A stretch of 40,793 nucleotides of DNA, from IMG/VR virus record IMGVR_UViG_3300036987_000548, positions 1 to 40,793 of that record, one strand, 5' to 3'. Below are positions 9,033-18,478 of this stretch, in pieces; the first letter of the stretch is position 1; each line of letters starts with the position of its first letter. The position numbers and the translations under genes are program-made. The stretch comes from a virus (taxonomy: Duplodnaviria > Caudoviricetes). The notes below the pieces were generated by a model, which ran no database searches, was not told the origin of the DNA, and worked only from the letters and a program-made list of their open reading frames with translations.

Positions 9033-10559
9033 TTATCCTGCGTATGCCGTTTGCAGATTCTTTATTTTGACAATTACACTGCCGTAAGTGTCATCCTCCA
9101 GCACCTGGAGATCTCCGGCTTCGGCCAGCCGCTTGCCGTCCAGGGAGATCGGGGCGGAAAGCACCGCGACCTTCGGGAAAATGATCTCTACCTGGTACTT
9201 ATGCGGTGAGTCATAAATCGCGCCCTCGGCCAGGATGTAGATCCCGAGGTAATCATTATCGAGCATGTGCTGCTGCATAATGAATTCCCGGAACTCCCGG
9301 TTCAGCGTGATTTTCTGCGTCCTGCCGCCCCGGATCGCCCGCGAGGCATAGGATCCGCCCGCACCCGGAACATACTCTACCGCCAGATTATTATTAAACG
9401 ACCAGTCGATGGATTTCATCTCCGATTGCAGCTCCCTGCCGCCCAGGAAAGATGACCCGTCCCATTTGCCGCCTACCTTCAACGTCATTTCGGACACGCG
9501 CAGCGGAGTCTCCGCTACTCTTGCGGGAAAGGTCATCCAGCCGGATTCCGTAGCAATAAAGAGAACTTCATAAGTAGCGTCGGTGGATTCGATGACAGTG
9601 CCCGGATCGGTCACCGGATCATAGACAGCGGCAAAGGCGGACGTGTCCACAGGAATTGAGAAAGAATCGTCGCCGATGCGGGTAATGACATGTTCAGCGT
9701 TCAGCCCAGACCAGTCCGCCTGAGTAATCCCGGCGATCGTGACTTTATTGCCATTAACCAGGCCGTGGTCTACCCAGGTCACAACGCAGGCCGCCGCTTT
9801 GGAAAGCCCCGCTACGGCCACTGCAGTTGCAGGCGGAGTGATGGTAATGACGGCGGGCGTTGCATCGGATACTGCGGAAAAAACAACATTTTGATATTCC
9901 CCGCTGTTAGGCATCAGGACGCGTATCTGCTGAACGTTGCCCAATCTGGTCGCGGGATTAGCCGGGGTATCGTCCATGACGCCAAGGGCGGCCAGCGTCA
10001 ACGACGTTGCATTCATTGCCTCCGTGACGTTTTCCTTGGTAATATTGTCGGTGCGTTTCCCCGTGCCCTTGATTGCGCCGGTGATTTTACACCAGGAATC
10101 CTTGGCAAACGATGCCTGGATTGAATCCACAAACATCGAGGCAAACCTGCGCCGCAGAACCGTTTTCCCATAGCGCTGCGCCGCTGTAAATGACGGCAGC
10201 GAGCGGTCGTCATCCAATTCGCCTTCAATCGGCGTTATGGTGTGTTGATAGCCGGAACCCGCCGCCACAGCAGCCGATACGCCCAGGGCATAGGCCAGCA
10301 AGAAAGCAAAGTGCTGAGGCTGGGCCTTCTCGAAATTAAACGACCCGTTGGCCAGGGATCCCAGGTCATAAATAGTATCGGGCTCTTCTTTTCCTGTGGC
10401 CTCGTTTTCGTTGGATTCCCTCCGGTTTTCCAGGTTAATCATGTCGCCGAGTGCGCAGAGCATAGTTGTATCCAGCGTCTGCTCTGTATTGATCGCCGTT
10501 TCCTTGGCATTTGCCGAGACGGCAATCAGATCGTGTGTCGCCATATAGCTTCTAGGCAT
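9033..10559 (-). CDS. Major tail (tube) protein with inserted accessory beta-domain(s)
   Basis: Position before the chaperone; tube-like N- and C-terminal halves interrupted by an E1-FCCH-like segment (VVTWVDHGLVNGNKVTIAGI...DDSFSIPVDTS). Confidence 0.78.
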   Translation of the reverse strand: MPRSYMATHDLIAVSANAKETAINTEQTLDTTMLCALGDMINLENRRESNENEATGKEEPDTIYDLGSLANGSFNFEKAQPQHFAFLLAYALGVSAAVAAGSGYQHTITPIEGELDDDRSLPSFTAAQRYGKTVLRRRFASMFVDSIQASFAKDSWCKITGAIKGTGKRTDNITKENVTEAMNATSLTLAALGVMDDTPANPATRLGNVQQIRVLMPNSGEYQNVVFSAVSDATPAVITITPPATAVAVAGLSKAAACVVTWVDHGLVNGNKVTIAGITQADWSGLNAEHVITRIGDDSFSIPVDTSAFAAVYDPVTDPGTVIESTDATYEVLFIATESGWMTFPARVAETPLRVSEMTLKVGGKWDGSSFLGGRELQSEMKSIDWSFNNNLAVEYVPGAGGSYASRAIRGGRTQKITLNREFREFIMQQHMLDNDYLGIYILAEGAIYDSPHKYQVEIIFPKVAVLSAPISLDGKRLAEAGDLQVLEDDTYGSVIVKIKNLQTAYAG

Positions 10560-10592
10560 TGTCTATTCCTCCTTTTCTTGCCGATAACGGCT

Positions 10593-10817
10593 TTAATATT
10601 TGCCGAATTTCCTGGTTATTTTGGTTGATTCTTTTTCCGCGGCGGCGTTGGCGACAGCCGCCGTATTCCCTTTCGCCGGCGATCGATTAACCTCTTCAAA
10701 TCTGCGCATTTCCTGAGGAGGGACTTCCGCATAACTTTCTCCGCGCCGAAATGTTTTACCGGCAAACGGCCCCTCCACAATACTGAATTCCTCGTACCCT
10801 TTTTTCAATTTATACAT
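10593..10817 (-). CDS. Small hypothetical virion morphogenesis protein
   Basis: 74 aa ORF with GGAGG RBS, between the tail terminator and the major tail gene. Confidence 0.65.
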   Translation of the reverse strand: MYKLKKGYEEFSIVEGPFAGKTFRRGESYAEVPPQEMRRFEEVNRSPAKGNTAAVANAAAEKESTKITRKFGKY

Positions 10818-10828
10818 GACTTACCTCC

Positions 10829-11305
10829 CTATATTTCAATAGTTTCAATAGCGCACAATCTGCCTTCTTGATAATGACAGAGCACCCCGCCGAACATTCG
10901 CGGCTCGATCAGATCGATCTGGTAGCCCAGGGATTCCGACAATTCCCCCCAATCCGGGTTGATGGTCAAGCAGGTCTGATTCAATGTTTCAAAACCATCA
11001 AATTTCTGCTGCACCCGATCCACCAGATCCTCGAAAATGAGCCCGGTCGCCTCGGCATCCTTCAGTCCCATGATGCCGCGAAATTTGAAGATGCGGGCCT
11101 TTTCCTGCTCGCCGTGGCTTACCTGCCGTTTTTGCGAGCGCTCTAGGAAGAACATCCAGGCATTGATTCGGCCATTGGAATCTTTCAATAAGTCGAGAAC
11201 CTTATTCCAATCCACGGCCAGGCGCTCATAATCGTGGACTACGCCGATGCCTTCGACACCGGAGAGGATGACCTTGATCTGCTCTCTGATTGCTGCAATG
11301 CTCAT
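10829..11305 (-). CDS. Tail terminator / completion protein
   Basis: Size and position; MSIAAIREQIKVIL start typical of the class; overlaps the upstream stop. Confidence 0.6.
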   Translation of the reverse strand: MSIAAIREQIKVILSGVEGIGVVHDYERLAVDWNKVLDLLKDSNGRINAWMFFLERSQKRQVSHGEQEKARIFKFRGIMGLKDAEATGLIFEDLVDRVQQKFDGFETLNQTCLTINPDWGELSESLGYQIDLIEPRMFGGVLCHYQEGRLCAIETIEI

Positions 11306-11793
11306 TTATTAACCGCCCTTACGATATCCGCCGGGATCATTTCCAATATCCGAATAATCGCCGTTTCTTTCTCTGTAAGTCCCTTTTCAAACATATGTGC
11401 ACCTTTGGTGCCGCGCCGAGAGATCGCCCTGGCAATAAGAAATGCGATCGACTTGGCATCTTTTCCGCTATAGCCCAGCTTTTTCTCCACCCAGTGCTGA
11501 ATAGGTGCGACCGGTGGAAAATGCGGATTTGTGCCGTATTCCAGAGGTTCTCCGTATTTCGAGGGAGACCCAAGAATACCCGTAACCGGCTCGCCCATGT
11601 TGATCCTGTGAAATATCGTGTCCCGAAAATGAATCGGCCCGGCTCCAACCGGGACGCCTTTTTTAACCTCGCTCAACAATACAAGCAGCGCTTCGGTTAT
11701 CCGGCCTTTCCTTGCCGCGCGCGATTCCTCCGGATATGCCTTTGACAATTTAGGCAATGCTCTCAGATCAACTTTTAGGTTCGTATTAAGCAT
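11302..11793 (-). CDS. Neck protein, HK97 gp10-like
   Basis: YGEPLEYGTNPHFPP...IARAISRRGTKG motif; start moved to the ATG at 11793 (TAATG overlap with the upstream stop). Confidence 0.8.
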   Translation of the reverse strand: MLNTNLKVDLRALPKLSKAYPEESRAARKGRITEALLVLLSEVKKGVPVGAGPIHFRDTIFHRINMGEPVTGILGSPSKYGEPLEYGTNPHFPPVAPIQHWVEKKLGYSGKDAKSIAFLIARAISRRGTKGAHMFEKGLTEKETAIIRILEMIPADIVRAVNK

Positions 11794-12485
11794 TATCTGA
11801 ATTTCCTCGGGTGCGTTAAATGATCCTGCCTCCAACTCGGGAAAGAATCCTGATCCCTGGTTACGCTGGCCGGAGCGACTTTCCCCTCTTCAATGCCCAG
11901 GTGATCAAAATATTCTTTCCGGTATGTCCGCGCCCTGGCCGCATATTCGGCGGCCTTGCTCTTGTGATCGACGGAATCGGCCTGAATCGTGCTATCCTGC
12001 GTCTGGGCATAATATGTTGCCAGCATATTGCAAAAGCCTGCCGCCGCCAGCATTTGCACCGCTTCCTCGTCGGCTGTGGGGATAGTGCAGGCCGCGTCCG
12101 TGCAGGTGTGCAGCGTGGTATAGGTAATGCGCAGGGATTCCGTTGCCGCGGGCGTGTCTTCCAGGAAGCGGATCACTTTCCCTGCCGGTTTCTTGTAGAT
12201 TTGCCAGGCGTCGTCATCGAGGATCTCGGCGTCCGCATCGGTATCACCCACCGGGTACTCGATTTGCTTGATTGTCGAAAAGCCTTCCGACCAGGACGCC
12301 AGCAGCGTCAGGAGATAATCAAACCCGCCATTGCCGACCTCATCCTCGGTGATTTCCAGGGGACGATCCTGCGAGTACCGTTTAACCGCCTTGCTGATCG
12401 CCATGATCTTTTCCGCCTCGCCCAGCGGGAGATCTCCGCCGACCAGGTTCCCGATTGCCGTTATATAATCCTGCCTCGTGCCCAT
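11793..12485 (-). CDS. Head-tail adaptor / connector protein
   Basis: First gene of the neck block; helical N and C termini around a beta insert; GAGGA RBS. Confidence 0.6.
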   Translation of the reverse strand: MGTRQDYITAIGNLVGGDLPLGEAEKIMAISKAVKRYSQDRPLEITEDEVGNGGFDYLLTLLASWSEGFSTIKQIEYPVGDTDADAEILDDDAWQIYKKPAGKVIRFLEDTPAATESLRITYTTLHTCTDAACTIPTADEEAVQMLAAAGFCNMLATYYAQTQDSTIQADSVDHKSKAAEYAARARTYRKEYFDHLGIEEGKVAPASVTRDQDSFPSWRQDHLTHPRKFR

Positions 12486-12500
12486 ATGATCCTCACGTCT

Positions 12501-12581
12501 CTATTTTCGGCGCTTTCTTCGCCGCCGCTCTGCAGAAGCTCCAGATGTAAAAAAAATTATAATTAAAAGTAGCCAGATCAT
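12501..12581 (-). CDS. Micro-ORF MIWLLLIIIFFTSGASAERRRRKRRK (not in the ORF track)
   Basis: 26 codons filling the gap; hydrophobic core, A-S-A site, polybasic tail; weak RBS. Confidence 0.35.
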   Translation of the reverse strand: MIWLLLIIIFFTSGASAERRRRKRRK

Positions 12582-12594
12582 ACGCGCCTGCCCA

Positions 12595-15500
12595 TTACTG
12601 TGTTAATATCAATTTTATTGTTTCAAATTCAGGCTCAACCGAACAAGGCGCGTTTATCGCGCTGGTCGTAAATGTATAAATCGGGCGGCCATTGACTATT
12701 TGAGTGTCAGTTATTGATCCGCCGCAAGTACCCGCTTCCGTCTTGTATTTCCAGCCATCGTTTGGCGCGATAAGGAAAGTGGTCGGTGATCCGAAAGTAG
12801 CAAGCTGTGCCGGGCTTATCGTTCCGCCTAGTCCGCCGACAACGGAAGGGGTGACGAGGAGAGGATCGCAGGCTACAGATACCTCTTTATCTGCTGACAT
12901 ATCCAGAGGGCCGCAAGATGCACCGGAGCAATCTCCTGAATAAGTGGCGTTGTAATACCCTGCCGCGCAGAGCGTGGAAAGCGTGGGCGTTTCAGTGGAG
13001 TAATAGTCATATTCACAGTCAAACTCGTCCCCGCCGCACCTGATTCCTTGTATATCTGACGCAACAACCGAACCATCTGTAGGATAAGTCACGGTAAGTT
13101 TATATTTTGTATTCTCTGTCCACGTTGCCGTGACGGTTTCGGAACTTGCCGCTTTATTAAACGAGCAAGCACCTGTTCCAGAGCAAACCCCTCCTGACCA
13201 TCCGGCAAAGGTATGGTTATCGCCCGGTGTTTGTGTAACCGTGACCGCCGTGCCTGATGTGCGACCATAAGTACCGGCAACAGGGTCAGTCACACCTAAG
13301 CCAACATTAGTAATGATTAGCGGGTATTCCGTAGGAGTAACAATAAATTCTTTATCTACCGTTCTTGCCTCAGACATTGATACCGTGCAAGGGTCAGCGT
13401 CTGCCGTACCAGCGCAAGCCCCTGTCCATGCGCCATGACTGTTTCCGCTTGCAGGAGTAGCGGTTAGAGTGGTTGATGCACCAGACAGAAAGTTAAATCC
13501 ACAAGTGGCCCCGCAGTTAATCTCTGACAACGTACTCGTGACCGTTCCTGTTCCTGTCCCTGATTTGGTGACTTGTAGTAAATAATAAACTGGCGGGTCT
13601 GAGCCACCAGTAATATATCCCGTAACGCCTTCCTGCCCTGCCGTGTAAACACAACCGGCGGAATATCCAGTTAAGGGATGAGGACATGCTTCCGGTTCAT
13701 AGTATTCTGTCCATTTATCCGAAACACAGCGGTAAAGTTTATTTGAAGTCGTACTCCACCAAGCGGTGTTGGCAGTAGTACAGGCCGTCACTCCGCTGGT
13801 GGGGGTTGCTGTGCCATAACCAACGCCAGAAGTGCAGGTATCCAACGCTGTGCAGCTTGCTCCCTCCTGCGTGTAATAATCACGGTTTGGCAGAATAGTC
13901 CTTATGCCCGCATCCCCGAATATCTTAATTCTGTTGCCGCTTGCTCCCCCTAACGTATTCCCCCACATATACATAGGCACGCGAGTTTGTGCAGCGTTAG
14001 GAGTAAGGACATGTGCAACACTAACAGGGCCTAAAATACAAGCAACATTTTCTGCATCTGAACCAGTCGGAGTAAAGACCAATCCTGCTGTGCTTACTGC
14101 TTTAAACTCACAATGAATTAAAGAATGAGTTAAAGAGTTATCGTCAGTAGCTATGCACCAAGAAGGAGCTGTTGCGCCACCAAGACTAGGAGTTAAAGAC
14201 CTATTGGCTCCTGCCGACCACGAGGATACTTTATATCTTACTGCATAAGTTTTACCCACTTCGGGAGCAAGTAGGTCGTATGATACCGTCCCCGTTGCAC
14301 CGGCACTTTTGACGAGAGTGAAATCTGTTTTAGCCCAACCAACTCCCAGAGTCCAATTTGCCACCTTTTGGTAAAAACCCCCCTCGCCTCCAAGAAGATC
14401 AAAATTAACCGAAAATAAATCAGTGTCATACCCTCTGCCAATCTGGTCTCGGCAAGGATAACCATCTGAAATTCTATATTCATCTCCGGTGTCCCAATCG
14501 TTCTCTGTACCACCAAAAAGAGTGCAGGTAATTGTATTTGCGGTATTGGAAGCAATCAAGCACATACTCCCGTCAGTGATATTATAAACAGTAGTGCCGG
14601 GGCTTGTATCTGCCAATGAGTAGGCAAGTTTATTTGTGTTCCATGCCTTATTATCCCTTACACCAACTTCTCCTTCATCGGTAAGGACAGAGGCGTTATT
14701 GGCCCCAGTGTGTTTTCCGGTGAAGGTCGTGTTGCCGAAAAAACTTGTTATTTCTGGTCTGGTATGGTCAATGGTTTCGTTACCGTCATAGTCGGAACTG
14801 CCGTCACAAGGCCCAAATAAATGATCTGTTGTTGCTTCGGTTTTTGCCGCACTACCTCGTTCACTATCGACAGACATAATATATGACGTATAGGTAGACC
14901 CCAAACTATTATGATGAATGACCCCCGTTCCTGCTCTTGCCCGCAACATGAAACTTGCTGCGCTCGTAGTGGTAGCATTAGTCATTTTATTGTTATAGAA
15001 CTCAGACATTTGTGCGCCACGATGGAATACTGGAGTGTTCTGAGTGGCGTGAGTCGCAAAATATTTTAGATTGCTACTGCCAGTAGTATCTAGTGTAACA
15101 TCATTAAACCTGACGACAGTCCTTGCACCCTGCCCCCCGTCTGTAATGTAGGCATATACTGTTTCTGTAAAAGTACATCCCTCGATATAGACAACATTTT
15201 CATTAGCTGTTTTTCCAAGGGGTGGTAGTTGGGAAAATAGAGCATTAACATTGGTTGCTGATCCAGAAGTATAACCAGTATTGTTTATGCCTGATTGCAA
15301 GTTGCTTTTAGAAATAACCCCGTAAGCAGAAGTTAATCCCTCGGTTGCTACTGTAGGCTTGAAATAAATTTTCTTCACATGATCAGTGTCATGGATATAA
15401 AAGCGGAAAGGTGCGCCCCAAAAGCTAAGATCGCCATTAAATTTAATACCATATATTTCAAAAGGGATGCTCTTTTTTGCTGTGATTATAGGTGCCGTGC

Positions 15501-15756
15501 TGGTGCAGGTTGTATAGCTTCTGCTTACCCCTTTAATAATAAGTTCGGTTGGGGCAGTCCAAGTAACCATGCTGAAATTAGTAATAGCAAAAGTAGCAGT
15601 GGTTATATCTATCATAACCTCGCCTGCTTGTGTGGCCACCTCCGCCCGGCAAGTGTCAAAGGACTTCTCTGCCGTTACGGTGCAGGTATAGTCGGGGGCC
15701 GCCCACGCAAAACTCGTAAAGCAAAGCAGAAATATAATCGAAAGTAGTTTTTTCAT
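12595..15756 (-). CDS. Large exported Thr/Gly/Cys-rich multidomain protein (beta-helix-like N-terminal part, C-terminal InlB B-repeat-like units)
   Basis: Signal peptide MKKLLSIIFLLCFTSFAWA; repeated LxVTKSGTGTGTVTS...INCG..C...TLTATP.SG....WTGAC units; start at 15756 (ATGA overlap). Confidence 0.75.
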   Translation of the reverse strand: MKKLLSIIFLLCFTSFAWAAPDYTCTVTAEKSFDTCRAEVATQAGEVMIDITTATFAITNFSMVTWTAPTELIIKGVSRSYTTCTSTAPIITAKKSIPFEIYGIKFNGDLSFWGAPFRFYIHDTDHVKKIYFKPTVATEGLTSAYGVISKSNLQSGINNTGYTSGSATNVNALFSQLPPLGKTANENVVYIEGCTFTETVYAYITDGGQGARTVVRFNDVTLDTTGSSNLKYFATHATQNTPVFHRGAQMSEFYNNKMTNATTTSAASFMLRARAGTGVIHHNSLGSTYTSYIMSVDSERGSAAKTEATTDHLFGPCDGSSDYDGNETIDHTRPEITSFFGNTTFTGKHTGANNASVLTDEGEVGVRDNKAWNTNKLAYSLADTSPGTTVYNITDGSMCLIASNTANTITCTLFGGTENDWDTGDEYRISDGYPCRDQIGRGYDTDLFSVNFDLLGGEGGFYQKVANWTLGVGWAKTDFTLVKSAGATGTVSYDLLAPEVGKTYAVRYKVSSWSAGANRSLTPSLGGATAPSWCIATDDNSLTHSLIHCEFKAVSTAGLVFTPTGSDAENVACILGPVSVAHVLTPNAAQTRVPMYMWGNTLGGASGNRIKIFGDAGIRTILPNRDYYTQEGASCTALDTCTSGVGYGTATPTSGVTACTTANTAWWSTTSNKLYRCVSDKWTEYYEPEACPHPLTGYSAGCVYTAGQEGVTGYITGGSDPPVYYLLQVTKSGTGTGTVTSTLSEINCGATCGFNFLSGASTTLTATPASGNSHGAWTGACAGTADADPCTVSMSEARTVDKEFIVTPTEYPLIITNVGLGVTDPVAGTYGRTSGTAVTVTQTPGDNHTFAGWSGGVCSGTGACSFNKAASSETVTATWTENTKYKLTVTYPTDGSVVASDIQGIRCGGDEFDCEYDYYSTETPTLSTLCAAGYYNATYSGDCSGASCGPLDMSADKEVSVACDPLLVTPSVVGGLGGTISPAQLATFGSPTTFLIAPNDGWKYKTEAGTCGGSITDTQIVNGRPIYTFTTSAINAPCSVEPEFETIKLILTQ

Positions 15757-16562
15757 TGGGTACACCCTGTGGTGATTTCCGTATCATCATCAATCTTAAT
15801 GTTATCAAACTGGACAACGTAGTCGGCGACCGATGCCGTTCCCTGAGTGCCTCCGATTGTAACGTATCGGCCAACAACAGAACCAGACACAGTTGAAGTA
15901 TTATCGACGACTGTTTCCGAACTAGACCCATCGGACAAAGCTAAAGATATTCGGAATGTAGATTCATCAATGAAGTAAAACCTCACCCGATACCAAGTAT
16001 CAAGAGAAATTGTGGTTGTACTGTTCCCAACCAAGTCACTCGTTTGATTCAAAGCGTAGCTAAGTTTTAATGCTGTTCCGCTTACGTTTTGAACACTTAT
16101 TATTATGCTAGTTACGCTACCATCCAGCGTTGACCTAAACAGTCGTACAGATTCGTTATTGCCAAGACTATGCGAATGTAACAGAAAATAGAATTGTCCG
16201 GATAGGGTCGCCCTAGTGCCTCCCAAATCCTTATACAAATGAGTAGTTTCCGTGTCTTTGTTATCAATTACAATAGAGTAACTTCCCTTGTCGGCGCAAC
16301 TTAATGTGCCATAGGTGTTGGGAGCGACGTTATAAGCGATAGTGCTGTTCTCGCCCTTTACGGCATCGCCTAGACACGATGAGGCTGTCCCTTCTTCCGA
16401 ATCAACGCAAAATTGATCAGCGTCATCGGTAGTGCAACTACCAGCACAATGAACGGCAACCGCAGCACTTCCCCCCGGACACGGCCTCCCACTAACCACC
16501 GAGGCGGCATGAACCTGTACCGCAAAAATCAGTATTAAAAATAAACTAAGGTATTTTCTCAT
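15753..16562 (-). CDS. Exported protein with a LamG/ConA-like beta-sandwich
   Basis: Signal peptide MRKYLSLFLILIFAVQVHA; ISLDTWYRV...VQFDNIKI pattern; Cys-rich N-terminal linker. Confidence 0.7.
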   Translation of the reverse strand: MRKYLSLFLILIFAVQVHAASVVSGRPCPGGSAAVAVHCAGSCTTDDADQFCVDSEEGTASSCLGDAVKGENSTIAYNVAPNTYGTLSCADKGSYSIVIDNKDTETTHLYKDLGGTRATLSGQFYFLLHSHSLGNNESVRLFRSTLDGSVTSIIISVQNVSGTALKLSYALNQTSDLVGNSTTTISLDTWYRVRFYFIDESTFRISLALSDGSSSETVVDNTSTVSGSVVGRYVTIGGTQGTASVADYVVQFDNIKIDDDTEITTGCTQ

Positions 16563-16569
16563 AAATCAC

Positions 16570-17406
16570 CTATTGAGTAATCTTGTATTTAATGACCAGT
16601 GGGCCGGAATAGCTGGCCACTGTGGAGGCGTCATCTGTTTCATCATCGCCATCACGTGTAATTCTAATCACAAATAGTTGCCCTGCGGTCATAGCAGAAC
16701 GCCATCCTGTCAGCGTTGTCGGCCCCGCAGTTTCAACATCATCCTTAGCCCCGCTCCCGTCTGCCGTGTAAGCTAGATTAATTGGGTCGCCTAACGAGCC
16801 TGCATAAGCCGCGCTATCAGCGACAGAATCGAAACTAATTACATAATCATGGTCAGCAGTATCAGTATTATCCAACTTGATTTTAAACGTAGCAACGAGG
16901 TCAACAGAAGTATCTATGTCAGACGGGACAACAAGATAATACTCCGCAAAATTATTGTCTTCTACAGTACCGGAAAACTTACACTGCCCAAAGGTATTCG
17001 TTGTTGAAGTGGTCTGCATAGGCGCAGCAGAGCCACACACATGAGGATGGGTAAGGATAAGATAGCCCCAGCTCTTCAGTACGTTTCCTGTCCCGTCAAC
17101 ATCAAGGGTTTTGTTGGTTAGCGTTTCAGAAGTTGCCGGACCGGAAAAGTCTGAATTACAATCAACAACCGGCCCGGTGGAATTATAGGTGCAAGCTTTT
17201 CCATTGGTTAAAGTTCCGGCGGGTAAAGGCGTTCCTGCGGCCTTTAACTTTTTGCCGGTTGGGCCGTCATAAACAGCGGATTGACCGTCTGTGGCTGAAG
17301 CCGGGCCGGTAACATCGCCGCCGCCGAGAGTGGAACCGCTGGGCCCGCCGAATGCGGACGATACCAGGCAGAGTAATATAATTAGAATCAAATATATTTT
17401 TTTCAT
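16570..17406 (-). CDS. Exported phage-fibre-like protein
   Basis: Signal peptide MKKIYLILIILLCLVSSAFG; fibre-shaft-like motifs GDVTGPASATDGQSAVYDGPTGKKLK and SETLTNKTLD; C-terminal beta-rich domain. Confidence 0.65.
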   Translation of the reverse strand: MKKIYLILIILLCLVSSAFGGPSGSTLGGGDVTGPASATDGQSAVYDGPTGKKLKAAGTPLPAGTLTNGKACTYNSTGPVVDCNSDFSGPATSETLTNKTLDVDGTGNVLKSWGYLILTHPHVCGSAAPMQTTSTTNTFGQCKFSGTVEDNNFAEYYLVVPSDIDTSVDLVATFKIKLDNTDTADHDYVISFDSVADSAAYAGSLGDPINLAYTADGSGAKDDVETAGPTTLTGWRSAMTAGQLFVIRITRDGDDETDDASTVASYSGPLVIKYKITQ

Positions 17407-17415
17407 AATGATCTC

Positions 17416-17832
17416 CTATTGGTCGTATTGTACCTGCCAGGCATAAGATCCGCCGCCGGCAACGCTGCTCGAGACATAGACGCCGGTAATCGCCGTACCC
17501 GCGACATTATTCACCGCCGGAGAATAGCCATAAGTAAAGACGCGCTGACTGCCTGCAATGACCAGCGTCTCCACAAGCACCGGACCGGAAGCTGCCGTAT
17601 TGCCGTAGATCTTTATAGTCACGGCATTTGTGCCGTCGGTAAGCACCGTTACTCCATAATAGGCACAGGCACCCGTCACGGCCACACCGCTGGCTGTGCC
17701 CCAGGCGCTTGTCTTTGCTACCTGCACCTGCCCCACGCCGGATGTCAGGGACATCCAGTCCGCCCTGGCAGGAAATACCAGGGCAAATACCATCAGTAGC
17801 CCGCAGATGATTTTCAGAAAATGATTTTTCAT
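17416..17832 (-). CDS. Exported small beta-rich (jelly-roll-like) protein
   Basis: Signal peptide ending VFPARA; all-beta mature part; GGAGG RBS. Confidence 0.7.
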   Translation of the reverse strand: MKNHFLKIICGLLMVFALVFPARADWMSLTSGVGQVQVAKTSAWGTASGVAVTGACAYYGVTVLTDGTNAVTIKIYGNTAASGPVLVETLVIAGSQRVFTYGYSPAVNNVAGTAITGVYVSSSVAGGGSYAWQVQYDQ

Positions 17833-17876
17833 TTTAAACCTCCATTTTTCCCGGATCCGGATTCCGGATCCTAATT

Positions 17877-17937
17877 CTGGATCCCGATTTTCATCGGGAT
17901 GACGACTTTCATCCTTGAACCTTTGTCCTTGAGCCTT
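17877..17937. repeat. REP-like palindrome plus heptamer array copy 2
   Basis: CTGGATCCCGATTTTCATCGGGATGAC (17877-17903); CCTT x4 at 7-bp period (17913-17937). Confidence 0.8.
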
Positions 17938-18433
17938 AATTCTTAAATACTCCCGCTATGCTGAACGTGAAACTCGTCCCGCCAACGGTGTAATAAATCC
18001 GCAGATAATTGCCGAAGTTGGTGATCGCCTGCCGGTATTGTCCCGTTGCCGTGATCTGGCTTATGGTCGTGTGCGTGTACCAGGTCACATTATCCGGGGA
18101 AGTCTGGATGATAATATCCAGCGTTGATGTTGCTGCCTCGGCGGTCACATCGACGAAGATCTGCCCTTCGGTATAGGCAGAGACATCAAAGCCGGTTGAT
18201 TGCGCCGTCGCGGCAGTTTTTACTCCCGAGGAGAGGTAAGTTATTACCCTGGTTTTCCGATCTTCGGCCTGGGCGGAGGTGATAAATGCCAAAATCAGGG
18301 TCACAGCCAGGGCAAAAACCAATCCAGAAATTAAAATTTGCCGCCCAGGAGCGTTTTTTACCCCTCCGGACGCCTCAACATAGCCATTTTTTCTTTTTAG
18401 GGCCTTAAAAACGATTTTAACGCGATCCATCAT
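17936..18433 (-). CDS. Exported small jelly-roll protein resembling capsid cement proteins
   Basis: Hydrophobic segment ending ITSAQA; mature LDIIIQTSPDNVTW...NYLRIYYTVGG recalls Bbp16-type cement proteins; start moved to 18433 (GGAGG at 18441-18445). Confidence 0.62.
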   Translation of the reverse strand: MMDRVKIVFKALKRKNGYVEASGGVKNAPGRQILISGLVFALAVTLILAFITSAQAEDRKTRVITYLSSGVKTAATAQSTGFDVSAYTEGQIFVDVTAEAATSTLDIIIQTSPDNVTWYTHTTISQITATGQYRQAITNFGNYLRIYYTVGGTSFTFSIAGVFKN

Positions 18434-18478
18434 CTTGAAACCTCCTGTGTCAGCGTAACGCAATCGGCGACAACTTTT

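Noticed and set aside
18340-18425. Similarity to the intergenic stretch 38398-38450 (shared CCGCCCAG)
   Set aside because: The match is too short to distinguish from chance
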